Positions 15,001-26,596 of a DNA stretch of 60,456 nucleotides are shown piece after piece. The first letter of the stretch is position 1. Every line of letters begins with the position of its first letter. The translations under genes were made by a program, and so were the position numbers. Source of the DNA: Conidiobolus incongruus B7586 (lineage: Eukaryota); contig JNEM01013504.1 in NCBI GenBank assembly GCA_000697335.1, positions 1 to 60,456 on the forward strand. Direction: 5' to 3'. The notes beneath the pieces were generated by a model. That model worked only from the letters and a program-made list of their open reading frames with translations, was not told the origin of the DNA and did not search any database.

Positions 15001-15788
15001 TAATATTTTTTTATTTTCAAATCTATTTAATTTGAAATGTTGAAATACAAATAGTCTACAATGCAAATTGACATAATAAGCATACTTAATAATAATCTGG
15101 TTTCCTCTTTTTTCAAATCATAGTGTTATGAATACAATGCTTTATTAAATGATAACTTTATTAATACATGATATTACTCATTCTCTCAATCAAAAAGCAT
15201 AGCATTAATAAACTTAAATTACATAATATTTTATACATCAAAGCGATAAAAATCTCGAAAACTTACATCGTTGAAAGAAGTAAGAAAATTAAATGTTTTA
15301 ATATTATTATAATCCCAAATTAATTATATAATGTAATCATCTTTGATAACTTATACTGAATTGATATACTTTGGAAATATTCTGACAGTTTAATAATATA
15401 GATTAGTTTTTTAAAATTAATTATTTTTATTATTAATTATGAAAATAATATATTTCTGATATTTAAATAAAGTAAATCCATATACTAATGCTTAAAATTT
15501 AACAGATATAGAGAAATTATGTTAATATATAGTATTATATCAATTTGAACTTCTTAATATGTACTTAAAATAATTAAATAAACATATCAGTACCTTTATT
15601 TCTCGAATGATTATCTTAGAACATTAAATGACATCCATTATGCATTAGTATTCAATTGGTATAGCATTAAGCGATCATTGATTCCTAAGGTAATCAATGA
15701 ATTTGAACAGTTGAAATAAATTATATAAATAATGTCATTTCCAGTTGTTTTGATAATTTAACATTATTATTTTTTCTAATATACAATT

Positions 15789-17054
15789 ATGAAATTACTA
15801 CCAATAATTGTGAATTTATTGACTTGGGGCGGAGTATTTGAAAATGTTAACGCTCAAAGTTGTGGTAGAATCCTTGTAAGGAAAGAGATCAGAGAAATGA
15901 CTGAGCAGGAAAGAAGTGATTTCTTTAAAGCTCTCACTGATTTATATAATGATAAACCTGTTAAAGGGAGAAAAATGCATCGTTTAGACTACTTTGGATG
16001 GGCTCACACACAAGAATATGGTAATGTACACCAAAAACCTGCTTTTTTCCCCTGGCATCGATACTTTCTTCAGCTGTATCAGCTCATGATCCTTCAAAAA
16101 AATCCTAAAGTTGTAATTCCTTACTGGGACTGGACAAAGGATTCCCAAGAGCCACACAAGAGTCCAATTTTAAGTGATGCATACTTCGGAGGAAATGGTA
16201 ATAAAAGCAACAATTATCAAGTCCAAAATGGTTTTATGAAAAATTGGGAAATGCATTTTCCTGAAACACATATTTTGAAGCGATGCTTTCATGCAACTGG
16301 CAAGGATAACAAATTAGAGCCTTCTGATATACTTGACGCATTACCAGATCCTACTTTAATGAATTCTTTGGTGAATCAATACAAAACTTATTCTGAATTT
16401 GCGTGGAATGCTGAGTTATTCCATGGTTGGGTTCATATTCTTATTGGAGGAGATCAAGGAGAATTGGGCCCACCTTGGAGTCCTAACGACCTTATATTTT
16501 TCCTTCATCATGCATATATGGATCGTATCTGGTGGCTTTGGCAAAAGAGGAATCCAGAGCTTGCACGTGCTTATGATGGTCAATATTACGATAACCCTTC
16601 CGTTGTCAGTACAGATGATATTCTCAAATTTCCGGGTACGTCATCTATTCGAGTGAATCAAACATTTGATACGCTCAGCTGGCCATTTTGTTACACTTAT
16701 ACCGAGCCCGAAGATGTCAAAGTAATGCTGAGCTCAGATAGTAGTAAAAGGGAAATTGTTCAACATACGAATATAACCAAAGAAAATATCAATTTTGATA
16801 CAATCGATTCACTTATGCAAGTTGTCAAAGCTACACAGGAAACACCAGGCGCTGTTCAACTCCCAGAGCCAGTGAAAGATGCATTGAAAGTAGAAAAACC
16901 AAAGATAAAGCCTTTGAATCCTATGGTACCATTTAAAATGATGATGATTAAAAATCCAATGCGAGCAGCTCAAAAAGTTATGGAAGTAAATCAGAAAATC
17001 GAATTTATAAGTTCATTAAAAGGATTCAAAGAGTCAACCACTTTTAAAAAATAA
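15789..17054 (+). CDS. Secreted tyrosinase / type-3 di-copper-centre protein, intronless
   Basis: Hydrophobic signal peptide, VRKEIREM motif, CuA H-x7-H...FFPWHR, IPYWDWT, and CuB HGWVH...IGG...NDLIFFLHHAYMDRIWWLWQ. Confidence 0.93.
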   Translation: MKLLPIIVNLLTWGGVFENVNAQSCGRILVRKEIREMTEQERSDFFKALTDLYNDKPVKGRKMHRLDYFGWAHTQEYGNVHQKPAFFPWHRYFLQLYQLMILQKNPKVVIPYWDWTKDSQEPHKSPILSDAYFGGNGNKSNNYQVQNGFMKNWEMHFPETHILKRCFHATGKDNKLEPSDILDALPDPTLMNSLVNQYKTYSEFAWNAELFHGWVHILIGGDQGELGPPWSPNDLIFFLHHAYMDRIWWLWQKRNPELARAYDGQYYDNPSVVSTDDILKFPGTSSIRVNQTFDTLSWPFCYTYTEPEDVKVMLSSDSSKREIVQHTNITKENINFDTIDSLMQVVKATQETPGAVQLPEPVKDALKVEKPKIKPLNPMVPFKMMMIKNPMRAAQKVMEVNQKIEFISSLKGFKESTTFKK

Positions 17055-18395
17055 TTTAATAAAGTATTAATTAAATATTGCTATTTAATAAATTACAAAA
17101 TACACAATATTATAAAACATTTAAAAGTTAAATTTTTATTTGTTTCCAAGTCATTCACTATAATATATGTTTATTGGTATCTCGAATTTATTCAAGTTAT
17201 ATGAATCCTTTAATTGAGTTAATAAAAAATAGTAAAAAAAATTTTTTCCTTATATTTTTTAACTTAATGAAGTCATAAGGTAGAATATTAGTGTAATCAT
17301 TTATTGATTTTTTTTCATTTAATATTCTATTTAGCAAATCTATTTTATTATATAATTACTTTTGAAACTTTAAATTTTGTTAAATCAACTTTATAAGATT
17401 ATTTTACTTGAATTGTAATTTTAAAATAAATTTAATATCACAGTATTATCATTTTTCTAAAATCAAAAAGAAATACACTTGAATAATTAATATATTTCAA
17501 ACAACTTTATATTAGTACTTTGATGACCTGCTATTAAATACTATTTAAATTTGTAGTAGAGATTGCTTTAATAGTCAGTCCTATAGAATACAGTTTATTT
17601 TAAATAATTTCATTTAATTTGTAATCATGTTATTAATGAATTTAATTGATTAATTTTAAATATTAGTAAAACTCAAATATGTTTATTTTGATTATACTAA
17701 TGAATTATATTTAAATATAGTAAATTTGTTTCTAGTAATTATATAAAAGAACAAATATTTTGTGTATTTATTAACTACCTTAAATTTTAATATTGCTACC
17801 TAATTAAATATTATTATCTATAAATTTTTAATTATAGAACTTGATTTCAATGTTGTTATGTAATAATAAAGATACTAGGTATAAATTTGTTAATATATAA
17901 CACACCATTATGCAACGATCATTTAAAAATTTGATTAGATACCTCTGCTATATTTTAAGTTCAAGTCCAATTTGCAATATATAGAATAATATAACGAATA
18001 TTATTTTGTAAAAAGAAAATTGATTAATAGATTAAAAAACTCTTAAGATGTTGATATTATCAAATCATCATGATGATATTTTTACAAATTAACTTTAATT
18101 TTTCATAATATTGATATTTAGAGATATAAATATTATTAAATAAATGAATTATTATATAAAGATTTAAATAATTAATTGATATATCGAAAATCAATACTTA
18201 ATCAATATTTTTCACAATAAAGAGCATTTTAAATATCAAACATTAGTACAAAGCTAAAAAAATAACATTCTAAAATTATTTATGATTCTCATTTTTATGT
18301 ATAGTATTGGGTTGGATTGGAAATATATCAAGTGAAATATTAAATCAAATTAAATAAAAATTTAAATATAAAAGTTTAAGAAGTTAGTGTTAAAA

Positions 18396-18468
18396 TTCTC
18401 CACGTCGGGTTTAAACCGGCGACTTCGAGATTATGAGACTCACGCTCTGCCAACTCAGCCAAAGAAGC
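18396..18468 (-). tRNA. tRNA-Met(CAT), elongator-like but degenerate; probable tRNA pseudogene
   Basis: GCTTCTTTGGCTGAGTTGGCAGAGCGTGAGTCTCATAATCTCGAAGTCGCCGGTTTAAACCCGACGTGGAGAA. D arm and CAT anticodon are recognisable. The T loop is TTTAAAC instead of TTCRA, and the acceptor and T stems have mismatches. Confidence 0.8.
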
Positions 18469-19154
18469 ATGGATCAAATGAATTCAAAGTTCAACTTGAT
18501 TTAATAAAGCACTTGATTTTGTGTCTACTTTTCAATTTTGACCTATATTTATTGACCAATATATTCAACTCCTATTATTTGTCTATATTCATTATTTAAT
18601 GCAACCATTTTTAATTAAGTCATACATATTTTTTTCATTTATCTATAATTTTTTATTTTAATTACTATATTGCATATTAACAATTAAATATATCATTATA
18701 TTTTTAATATTATTTATTATTTACAATAATTCAATATTATTATTTTTTTTTGAAATTATTACCTAAAATAAAATAATTTTATTGAATATGATATTATTTT
18801 ATTGAAATAAATAAATATCTATAAGTTTTTAAAAATCAATGATAAAATAATATTTGAAAATAAATATAGCGATTTGCGTAGTGACCGTGATACAAATCTA
18901 ATTTTAACTAAAGAGTGATAAATTAATGAGAAAAAACAAAATTCCATTAATATTATAACCAATAATATAGAGACGAATCGAAAATTGAATATGGATTCAA
19001 TTCAAACAACTTAAAAGTCCAATACCCCCCATTGTAATAGGTTTACTCTTTTTATTATTTTGATTAAAAAGGAATTAATAACATTCAAAAAATGTAAATA
19101 ATTTTATTGATTTATTAATATTTAATTTTAATATGCTTTGTAGAGTAGTTCAAT

Positions 19155-20830
19155 ATGTCGAGATTTATGAATACTTCCAAATTTCGTCATGTATTCGGGA
19201 CACCTCATAAAAGGGAATTGTGTTATGATAACTTGAAGATTTCCCCAAATGCTTGGGATTCTAATATTGTTAAAGTCAGCACTGTAAGTATTTATCAGTT
19301 TAATGTGATAGATTGATTAAAGACTGATGATATCATTAGAAATTCTTATCAATCAATTGGAATGCTGGAGGCGGTGGTGCTTTTGCTGTTGTACCTTTAG
19401 AATCGACGGGTAAGATGATTTTCTAAGGGCAGCCAGTTTAAATTTTTAATATGATTGAATATTATGTAGGTAAACTTCCTGGTGAATATCCATTATTTGT
19501 AGGACATTCTGGAACTGTGCTCGATACCGATTTCGCTAATTTTAATGAATATGTCATCGCTTCTGGTGCTGAAGATGCTAAAATTATGATTTGGAACATC
19601 CCTGAACAGTTTCCTGAAGAAAATATTCAAACTCCTGCTGTTACACTAACTGGTCACCAAAAGTAAAGCTTTTATTCATCTATTTTTGATAATTTCACCA
19701 AATATTGATACATTTACCATATAGGAAAGTTGGTCATGTTTTGTTTCACCCTACTGCTGATAATGTTCTTGCCAGTTCTAGTGCTGATTTGACTGTTAAA
19801 CTCTGGGATGTTGAAAATGGCAAGGAGTTCCAAGAATTAACAGGTCATACTGATCTTATCCAATCCATTACTTACAACTGGAATGGTAGCTTATTGGCTA
19901 CCACTTGTCGTGATAAAAAAGTTCGCGTTTTTGATATTCGCTCTAGTCAAATTGTCCAAGTATGATATAAATCTATAATTATATAACAATCACGTATTCA
20001 ACTAATATTCTAAATTAGGAAGGAGCCAGTCACGATGGTATTAAGGGATCTAGAGCTGTATGGTTAGGTAATACAGATCGCATTGCTACCACTGGTTTCT
20101 CAAGAACCAGTGAACGTCAATTATTCTTATGGGATAGCAAAGATCTTTCAAAACCTTTGAAGAAGATTGGTATTGATTCATCTTCCGGAATTCTCATGCC
20201 ATTTTACGATGCCGACATCAATTTACTTTACGTAGCCGGAAAAGGAGACGGTTCCATCAGGTACTACGAATACGCTAAGGATGATTTCACTTACTTGAAC
20301 ACACATTCTTCTAACGAGCCTCAACGTGGTATGAGCTTTATGCCCAAACGTGGCCTCAATGTCAGCCAAAACGAAATTGCCAGAGCTTATCGTGTTATTG
20401 GAAATAACTTAATAGAGCCTATCTCATTCACAGTGCCCAGAAAAGCTGAAAACTTCCAACACGATATCTTCCCAGATACCCCAGGACCTGAACCCGCTTT
20501 GACTGCTGAGCAGTTCTTCAATGGAGAAACTAAAGATCCCATATTGATTAACTTAGAAAAAGGTTTTGTAGCAGCTCCCAAGAAAGAATTGAAGACGGTT
20601 GTCAACGTTGAAAAGAAACCTGAGCCTGTTAATGGTGAATCTAAGAATGTAAGATAATTAATTATAATTATTACAATTTATATTAATATGGATTAATTTA
20701 GTACGAAAAACTCTATAACGAGCTTAAAAAGAAATATGATGAATTGAGCGTTCAATTGAAAGAAAAGGAAGCTAAAATTCAAGAACTCGAAACCGAATTA
20801 TCCAACCTTAAAACTAATGGAAGTGCTTGA
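19155..20830 (+). CDS. CRN1: Coronin (WD40 actin-binding protein with C-terminal coiled coil), 6 coding exons
   Basis: MSRFMNTSKFRHVFG, NWNAGGGGAFAVVPL, WD repeats, AGKGDGSIRYYE, PQRGMSFMPKRG, EPISFTVPRK..FQHDIFP and a coiled-coil last exon. Confidence 0.96.
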
Positions 20831-21384
20831 TTTTTCTTGATAAATTGCCAACTATATATGTATTCTAACATTTACTACATTCCAATATCTTTTTTTTAAA
20901 TTTTTACTATAATTTTTACTAATTATCAGTTATATATTTAATTATTCATGAATATAGAATTAATACTTATTTAATATTATGAATTATTAAAAATATTTTT
21001 ATTATTTTGATAATCAATCTTATATAAACCAAAATAATTATCATTATTGTAAAAGAATTTCTCATTAAGAAAATCACAACCAATAATCGCATAATTAAAA
21101 AACGTTCAATGAGTTCATATTAAATTATAAAATTTTCAAAATTAAAATATCCAAGAAATTCCAAGTCAATCTTTGCTATAATTGACCAATTTACTAATGT
21201 CTCCACAGTACCCATATAAAGTGAAATCAATCATGAAAATTATTAATTGATCATCTTGGAATCACACTACTTAATTTTCAAAATTTTCAATTACCCCATT
21301 CTTGTTCTAAGTTATCGATTTCAAAAAGTATATATAATATAAGCATTGGTATAATGATTGAATTTAGTTAGTTAATTTGATAAT

Positions 21385-22251
21385 ATGGAACCGTTACCCT
21401 TTCTCTTAGCTATCAATTGTGTAGTGTTTGGTATATTAGGTGTATGTGTCACCTGTTTAATCATTTATTTACTATGGAAGAAGCGATGGAATCAATTACA
21501 TTTGGATTTAAAACTTGTATTGTTAGTTTTGGTCATGGATCTTTTAAGTAGTTTTGGCACTATATTCCTGGGTATGGGTAGTCTCATTCAGCCGAATTTA
21601 TGGACTAAATATCCAATCTTATGTAATATTAACAGCTTTTTCTTAATTGGATTTTTCTATTCTAGCAACTATTTGGTTAGTTTGATGAGCTTACAAAGGT
21701 TTTTATCGACGGTCTATTCATATAAAATTAACTTTAAAGTATGGTTAATCTTGTCCATCTTAATCATCTTTACATGTTGCTTGATTATTTCGTTGGGAAT
21801 TGGTCTCAAATTGGTTGATTTGATGCCTCTTAAGATTTATTGTATGATCAACATGGATAAAAGGTTGGGGTATTTGCTAATGGGGTGCTTTTGTGTGTTT
21901 AGTTTGTTTTCTTGGTGTACCATAGTATTTTGCTACATTGGTATCGTGTATTTCTGTTGGCAGAAGGACATTCAACTAAGAAGAGAGCTTTGCTTAGACC
22001 ATCAGACAGCTAAAAAGCGAATGAACAAACTTTTGGTAAGATCTCTGATCATTGTGACTTTATACATTATCGCCAATACCGTTGAAGTGCTGAATATGAT
22101 CTATGAACTGGTAACAGGCAAAAGTCGAGGTATTGAAATGGACTTTATTTCTTGTTCCTTAATGAATTTGAATTTGATCACGAACGCTTTACTGGTACTC
22201 AGTCTAAATAATCATATTAAAAGTGATTTCATTAGAATTTTTAAAATGTAA
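21385..22251 (+). CDS. Seven-transmembrane rhodopsin-family (class A-like) GPCR, intronless
   Basis: Seven hydrophobic helices, TM2 Asp (VMDL), TM3-start Cys (LCN), MSLQRF in the DRY position, ECL2 Cys (IYC), TM5 IVFCY, and TM7 TNALL followed by a helix-8-like segment. Confidence 0.75.
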   Translation: MEPLPFLLAINCVVFGILGVCVTCLIIYLLWKKRWNQLHLDLKLVLLVLVMDLLSSFGTIFLGMGSLIQPNLWTKYPILCNINSFFLIGFFYSSNYLVSLMSLQRFLSTVYSYKINFKVWLILSILIIFTCCLIISLGIGLKLVDLMPLKIYCMINMDKRLGYLLMGCFCVFSLFSWCTIVFCYIGIVYFCWQKDIQLRRELCLDHQTAKKRMNKLLVRSLIIVTLYIIANTVEVLNMIYELVTGKSRGIEMDFISCSLMNLNLITNALLVLSLNNHIKSDFIRIFKM

Positions 22252-22487
22252 GATAAAAATAAAAGTTTTCTCAATTTTTGTTTTTTATTGATTTATTATG
22301 AGCTTTATAACATATTATATTTTTTGAAATTAGTAATATTTGAGTTTTCAAATAAATAGAAATATATTTAACAGGATTTAATAATTATCGTCAATGTTTA
22401 TATTTATTGAGAAAATAGATATTACAATATCTAAATATGTTACTTGATTGGCTTATATAACTAATCCAAGTAATCAATATAGAATTG

Positions 22488-22496
22488 ATGACTCAT
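22488..22496. promoter_or_regulatory. Gcn4/CpcA (AP-1-type) element ATGACTCAT upstream of TRP1
   Basis: Perfect consensus ~450 bp upstream of a tryptophan biosynthesis gene. Confidence 0.5.
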
Positions 22497-22939
22497 ACTT
22501 TGAAATATATTCTTAATTGCTAAAATAAATTCTATTAAATTTCTCATTGGTATTATTAGTAAATATCATCTTAAATTCCTTAATCAAGTAATTTAACCGA
22601 ATATTTAAGTCACAAAAATATCAGCATATTTGAAATTTTTAAGGTTATTTTGAATAGATATTACAGTAATAGTAAAAGTGGTGATATATTTAGTATAGTA
22701 ATTTACACTATTTCATTTTATTCAGCATATATTTATACAATTTATATTAACTAAAGATGATAAGTTGAAGGAATGATAGAGTATTTTTGATAAATTAAGG
22801 AAATTGGATAAAATTTTCCAATTTGGTTATATCAATTTCATTCAAATTAAATTTTCCACTATATAATCATAATCTCATTTATTCAATGTCATTATTCTTT
22901 TTTAATTCCAATTAATCAAACAATACTAAATATAAAAAT

Positions 22940-25174
22940 ATGACAACTGTATTAATTGATAATTATGATAGTTTCACTTGGAATGTGTACGAATATTTAT
23001 GTAATGAAGGTGCGAATGTAGTGGTTTTCCGAAATGACAAGGTCACACTCGAAGAAATTATTAATTTGAACCCAAGAAATTTGGTTGTTTCCCCAGGTCC
23101 TGGTAATCCTTCTGATTCTGGTATTTCTATGGACGCTATCCGTCACTTTGCAGGTAAAATTCCTATTTTGGGTGTTTGTTTAGGTCACCAGTGTATTTTT
23201 GAAATTTACGGAGGTACTGTTGCATTTGCTGGGGAGATCGTTCACGGAGAAACGAGTGACATTACCCACGATGGAAAAGGTTTGTACACTGGAGTTCCTC
23301 AGCAGATTGCCACTACTCGATACCATTCACTTGCTGGTGTCCCCTCAACCCTCCCAAAGGAATTGGTGATCACCAGCAAGACAGACAGTGGTACCATTCA
23401 AGGCGTCCGTCATCGTGAATATTGTATGGAGGGTGTTCAGTTCCACCCCGAATCGATTCTTTCTGGTCACGGACACACCATGATCCAAAATTTCTTGAAG
23501 TGGGAAAAGGGTACTTGGAGAGAAAATGGCCTCTATGAAGAATTTGTCAGTTTGGATATCACCCCAAAGGTTCCCAAGGATGGTGCCAATCCCGCAGGAA
23601 GTATACTTGAAAAGATCGCTCATCAAAGACTTAAGGATGTTAAAGAAGATTCCAGTATTCCTGGAAGAAGCTATCAACAACTTGAACAATTACTTCAACT
23701 GGGCTTAGCTCCTCCTCCTATCAGCTTTTACGAGCGATTAAAACAGAATCCAGGCAAGACTGCTGTTATGGCTGAAATCAAAAGAGCATCCCCTAGTAAG
23801 GGTAATATTCAACCCGATGCTCTCGCTGCTCAGATTGGTCTCCAATATGCCGATATGGGTGCTTCTGTAATCTCAGTCCTCACTGAACCCAAGTGGTTCA
23901 AGGGATCTCTCAGGGACTTAGAACAAGTACGCACAGCAATCAGCAGATACCCCAACCGTCCTGCAGTTCTTCGCAAAGATTTCATCCTTGAACCTTATCA
24001 AATCCTTGAGGCTAGACTTAGCGGTGCTGATGCCATTTTATTAATTGTTGCTATCCTTTCCGAAGTTCAGCTTAAATCACTCTTTGAGATGACATACCAA
24101 CTTGGCATGGAAGCTCTTGTAGAAGTTAACAACGAAAAAGAAATGGAATTAGCTCTCAAAATTGGTGCAAAAGTTATTGGTGTTAACAACAGAAACTTAC
24201 ATACCTTTGATGTCGATATGAAGACAACTTCTCGCCTCGCAAACATGGTTCCAGAAGGTGTCATCCTCGCAGCTCTTAGCGGTATCAAGACCAGAGAAGA
24301 CGTCGCTCAATACGAGAGTGAAGGCGTCTCTGCAATTCTTGTTGGTGAAACGCTGATGCGTCACGAGAACCCTAAAGTAATTTTCAATCAACTCATTGGA
24401 GAACCTGAACCAGTTCAAGGTGAATCTTTATTACTTCCTACCAGACCTAGAATCAAGATTTGTGGGATCAGCACACCAGAAGCTGCGGTCCATGCTGCCA
24501 AATCTGGAGCAGACTTAATTGGTATGATCTTTTGCAAATCCAAGCGCAAAGTCACAGTTGAAAAAGCCTTAGAAATTGTTAAAGCACTTCGAGAACTTCC
24601 CCTAGAAAGAAAAGCACCTTCAATCCAAAATTTAAAAAATCCGGACTGGTTCCAAATCGAATCTAGCAAGATTGTGAATGCAGATAGACCACTTGTAGTA
24701 GGTGTGTTCCAAAATCAGCCACTTGACTACATTCAGAATGTTATTGATCAAGTAGGACTCGATATTGTTCAATTCCATGGTGATGAACCTTTGGATTGGG
24801 CACATTTCATTAAGGTACCTGTCATCAAGGTGTTCCATGTTTCTGAAGACTTAAGCCAAGAGAATTTGATGTTCACTCCTCACTATCACAGCCTTATCTG
24901 CCTCGACGCTAAACCTCGCAACGAAACTCACTCTGGCGGTCATGGTGTCACATTTGATTGGATGATTCATTCCAAGCTGAATGATAAAATGCAAAAGACC
25001 AAGCAATGTATACCTATTATCCTTGCTGGAGGATTGAATCCAGATAATGTTGTAGATGGAATTCGCCAAACTCAACCTTTTGCGGTAGATGTCAGCAGTG
25101 GGGTTGAAACTGATGGTGTCAAAGATTTGGAAAAGATCAAGAAATTCTGTGATAGTGTCTATTCCTTATATTAA
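22940..25174 (+). CDS. TRP1: Trifunctional tryptophan biosynthesis protein (anthranilate synthase component II / IGP synthase / PRA isomerase; TrpG-C-F), intronless
   Basis: IDNYDSFT, SPGPG, GVCLGHQ and GVQFHPES; AEIKRASPSKG, LRKDF and GVNNRNL; KICGI, QFHGDE, LAGGLNP and DVSSGVE. Confidence 0.97.
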   Translation: MTTVLIDNYDSFTWNVYEYLCNEGANVVVFRNDKVTLEEIINLNPRNLVVSPGPGNPSDSGISMDAIRHFAGKIPILGVCLGHQCIFEIYGGTVAFAGEIVHGETSDITHDGKGLYTGVPQQIATTRYHSLAGVPSTLPKELVITSKTDSGTIQGVRHREYCMEGVQFHPESILSGHGHTMIQNFLKWEKGTWRENGLYEEFVSLDITPKVPKDGANPAGSILEKIAHQRLKDVKEDSSIPGRSYQQLEQLLQLGLAPPPISFYERLKQNPGKTAVMAEIKRASPSKGNIQPDALAAQIGLQYADMGASVISVLTEPKWFKGSLRDLEQVRTAISRYPNRPAVLRKDFILEPYQILEARLSGADAILLIVAILSEVQLKSLFEMTYQLGMEALVEVNNEKEMELALKIGAKVIGVNNRNLHTFDVDMKTTSRLANMVPEGVILAALSGIKTREDVAQYESEGVSAILVGETLMRHENPKVIFNQLIGEPEPVQGESLLLPTRPRIKICGISTPEAAVHAAKSGADLIGMIFCKSKRKVTVEKALEIVKALRELPLERKAPSIQNLKNPDWFQIESSKIVNADRPLVVGVFQNQPLDYIQNVIDQVGLDIVQFHGDEPLDWAHFIKVPVIKVFHVSEDLSQENLMFTPHYHSLICLDAKPRNETHSGGHGVTFDWMIHSKLNDKMQKTKQCIPIILAGGLNPDNVVDGIRQTQPFAVDVSSGVETDGVKDLEKIKKFCDSVYSLY

Positions 25175-25558
25175 ACATTTTTTCAATTTTTTAATTTATT
25201 TAATGTTTACTATATACATTGGGTTATTCAATAAATTATATTGTTACCTTGTAATCATTGATTTTTATTTTAATTAATACATAATAATCAAGATTATATT
25301 TTAATCAATGGAAAAGGGTATTTTAATTCATATTAAATGGTTCAATTTAAGTCAATTTCCAATATATAATTAGGAATATATTATAAAAAATAAATCATAC
25401 TTAGTTTGATTAATTATGATAACAAGTATCAAGTAATCCAAAATTTTAATATTGTATATTAAATATTGGTTAATGTTGTTTGAGAAATTTTTTATTTTAT
25501 TATATTCAAAATAATCATAAAGTCAAAAGGTATAATACCGATTTTATCTTCAGCCCTA

Positions 25559-25631
25559 TACCCTGAGCAGGACTCGAACCTGCAACCTTTGCCTTAGGAG
25601 GGCAACGCCTTATCCATTAGGCTACCAGGGC
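25559..25631 (-). tRNA. tRNA-Arg(CCT)
   Basis: GCCCTGGTAGCCTAATGGATAAGGCGTTGCCCTCCTAAGGCAAAGGTTGCAGGTTCGAGTCCTGCTCAGGGTA folds into a 73-nt cloverleaf with intact A and B boxes. Confidence 0.96.
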
Positions 25632-25844
25632 TGTCAAAGATATTGTAACAATGATTTAAATAGTAATTTGATCTTATTAATATTGTGTCAATTGATCAAT
25701 TGGTCAATTTTTTAGCTATCACAAAACTGTTTTTTATATCTACTCATTATGATTAACATATCCATAAATTTAATAAATCTATTACAATTTATCATAGTAA
25801 TTAAGGTATTCATTAAACTCTCCTCAAAAACAACCATAAAACTC

Positions 25845-25883
<39 letters not shown>
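25845..25883. repeat. (TAT)13 microsatellite
   Basis: Perfect trinucleotide run. Confidence 0.97.
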
Positions 25884-25884
<1 letters not shown>

Positions 25885-26596
25885 TAGATATCAGAAATGA
25901 TACAAACTATATTCAATTCTATTTAAAAAGATTATAATTCCGATCTTAATGATCTATATATTGCAATAAGTTGATGAATATTTTATTACATTAAAAATAT
26001 AATTTTTTAATTAAATTCAAATATATATTTTATACAATAAATTACAAAATAATTTTATTGATTTTGCGGTAATATAAAACTCTTTAAATAATCGAACCTT
26101 TGATTGAAAAGTTATACAAGAAAATAGATACAATGAAAGATCATATAGTTAATCTATGAAGTTGGCTATAATTACAATTATCAAACAATATATTTTGATA
26201 TTTCATTTTTATACGATATGTATTTAATGAATTTTTGATTGTGTGTTATAATGAGGATTCGAAAAAATATTTTAAAATAATATTAAAATTTATTCAAATC
26301 AATTAATCGAAATATATCAATTGAATAATACAATTTCTCAATAATGATTAGTAATAGTATTTATTTTAGTTTTACTTAATATAAATTACATAAAGATTAA
26401 ATAAAAACAAATAAATTTAATAAAATTTCAATCCCATTAAATTATATCATCAATTAAAATCTATAAAAAATGAATACATTCAAAATTAATTTGAAATTAA
26501 ATAAAAATAGAATGAATTAAATTACTAATTTCTAATTAATAACACTAACACTTCTAAGTACTAATATATATATATATATATTTATTTATATCAAAA

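Noticed and set aside
18387..18599. 70-aa ORF on the + strand
   Set aside because: Antisense to the tRNA-Met-like sequence, GTG start, no protein features.
23345..25075. Multiple antisense and alternative-frame ORFs in TRP1 (likewise in NDUFA9, coronin, Ulp2-like, cullin, ZFAND, lipase, rhodanese and PPR)
   Set aside because: Shadow ORFs caused by codon bias of the real genes; no motifs.
25749..25937. 62-aa poly-Tyr ORF
   Set aside because: Artefact of the (TAT)13 microsatellite.
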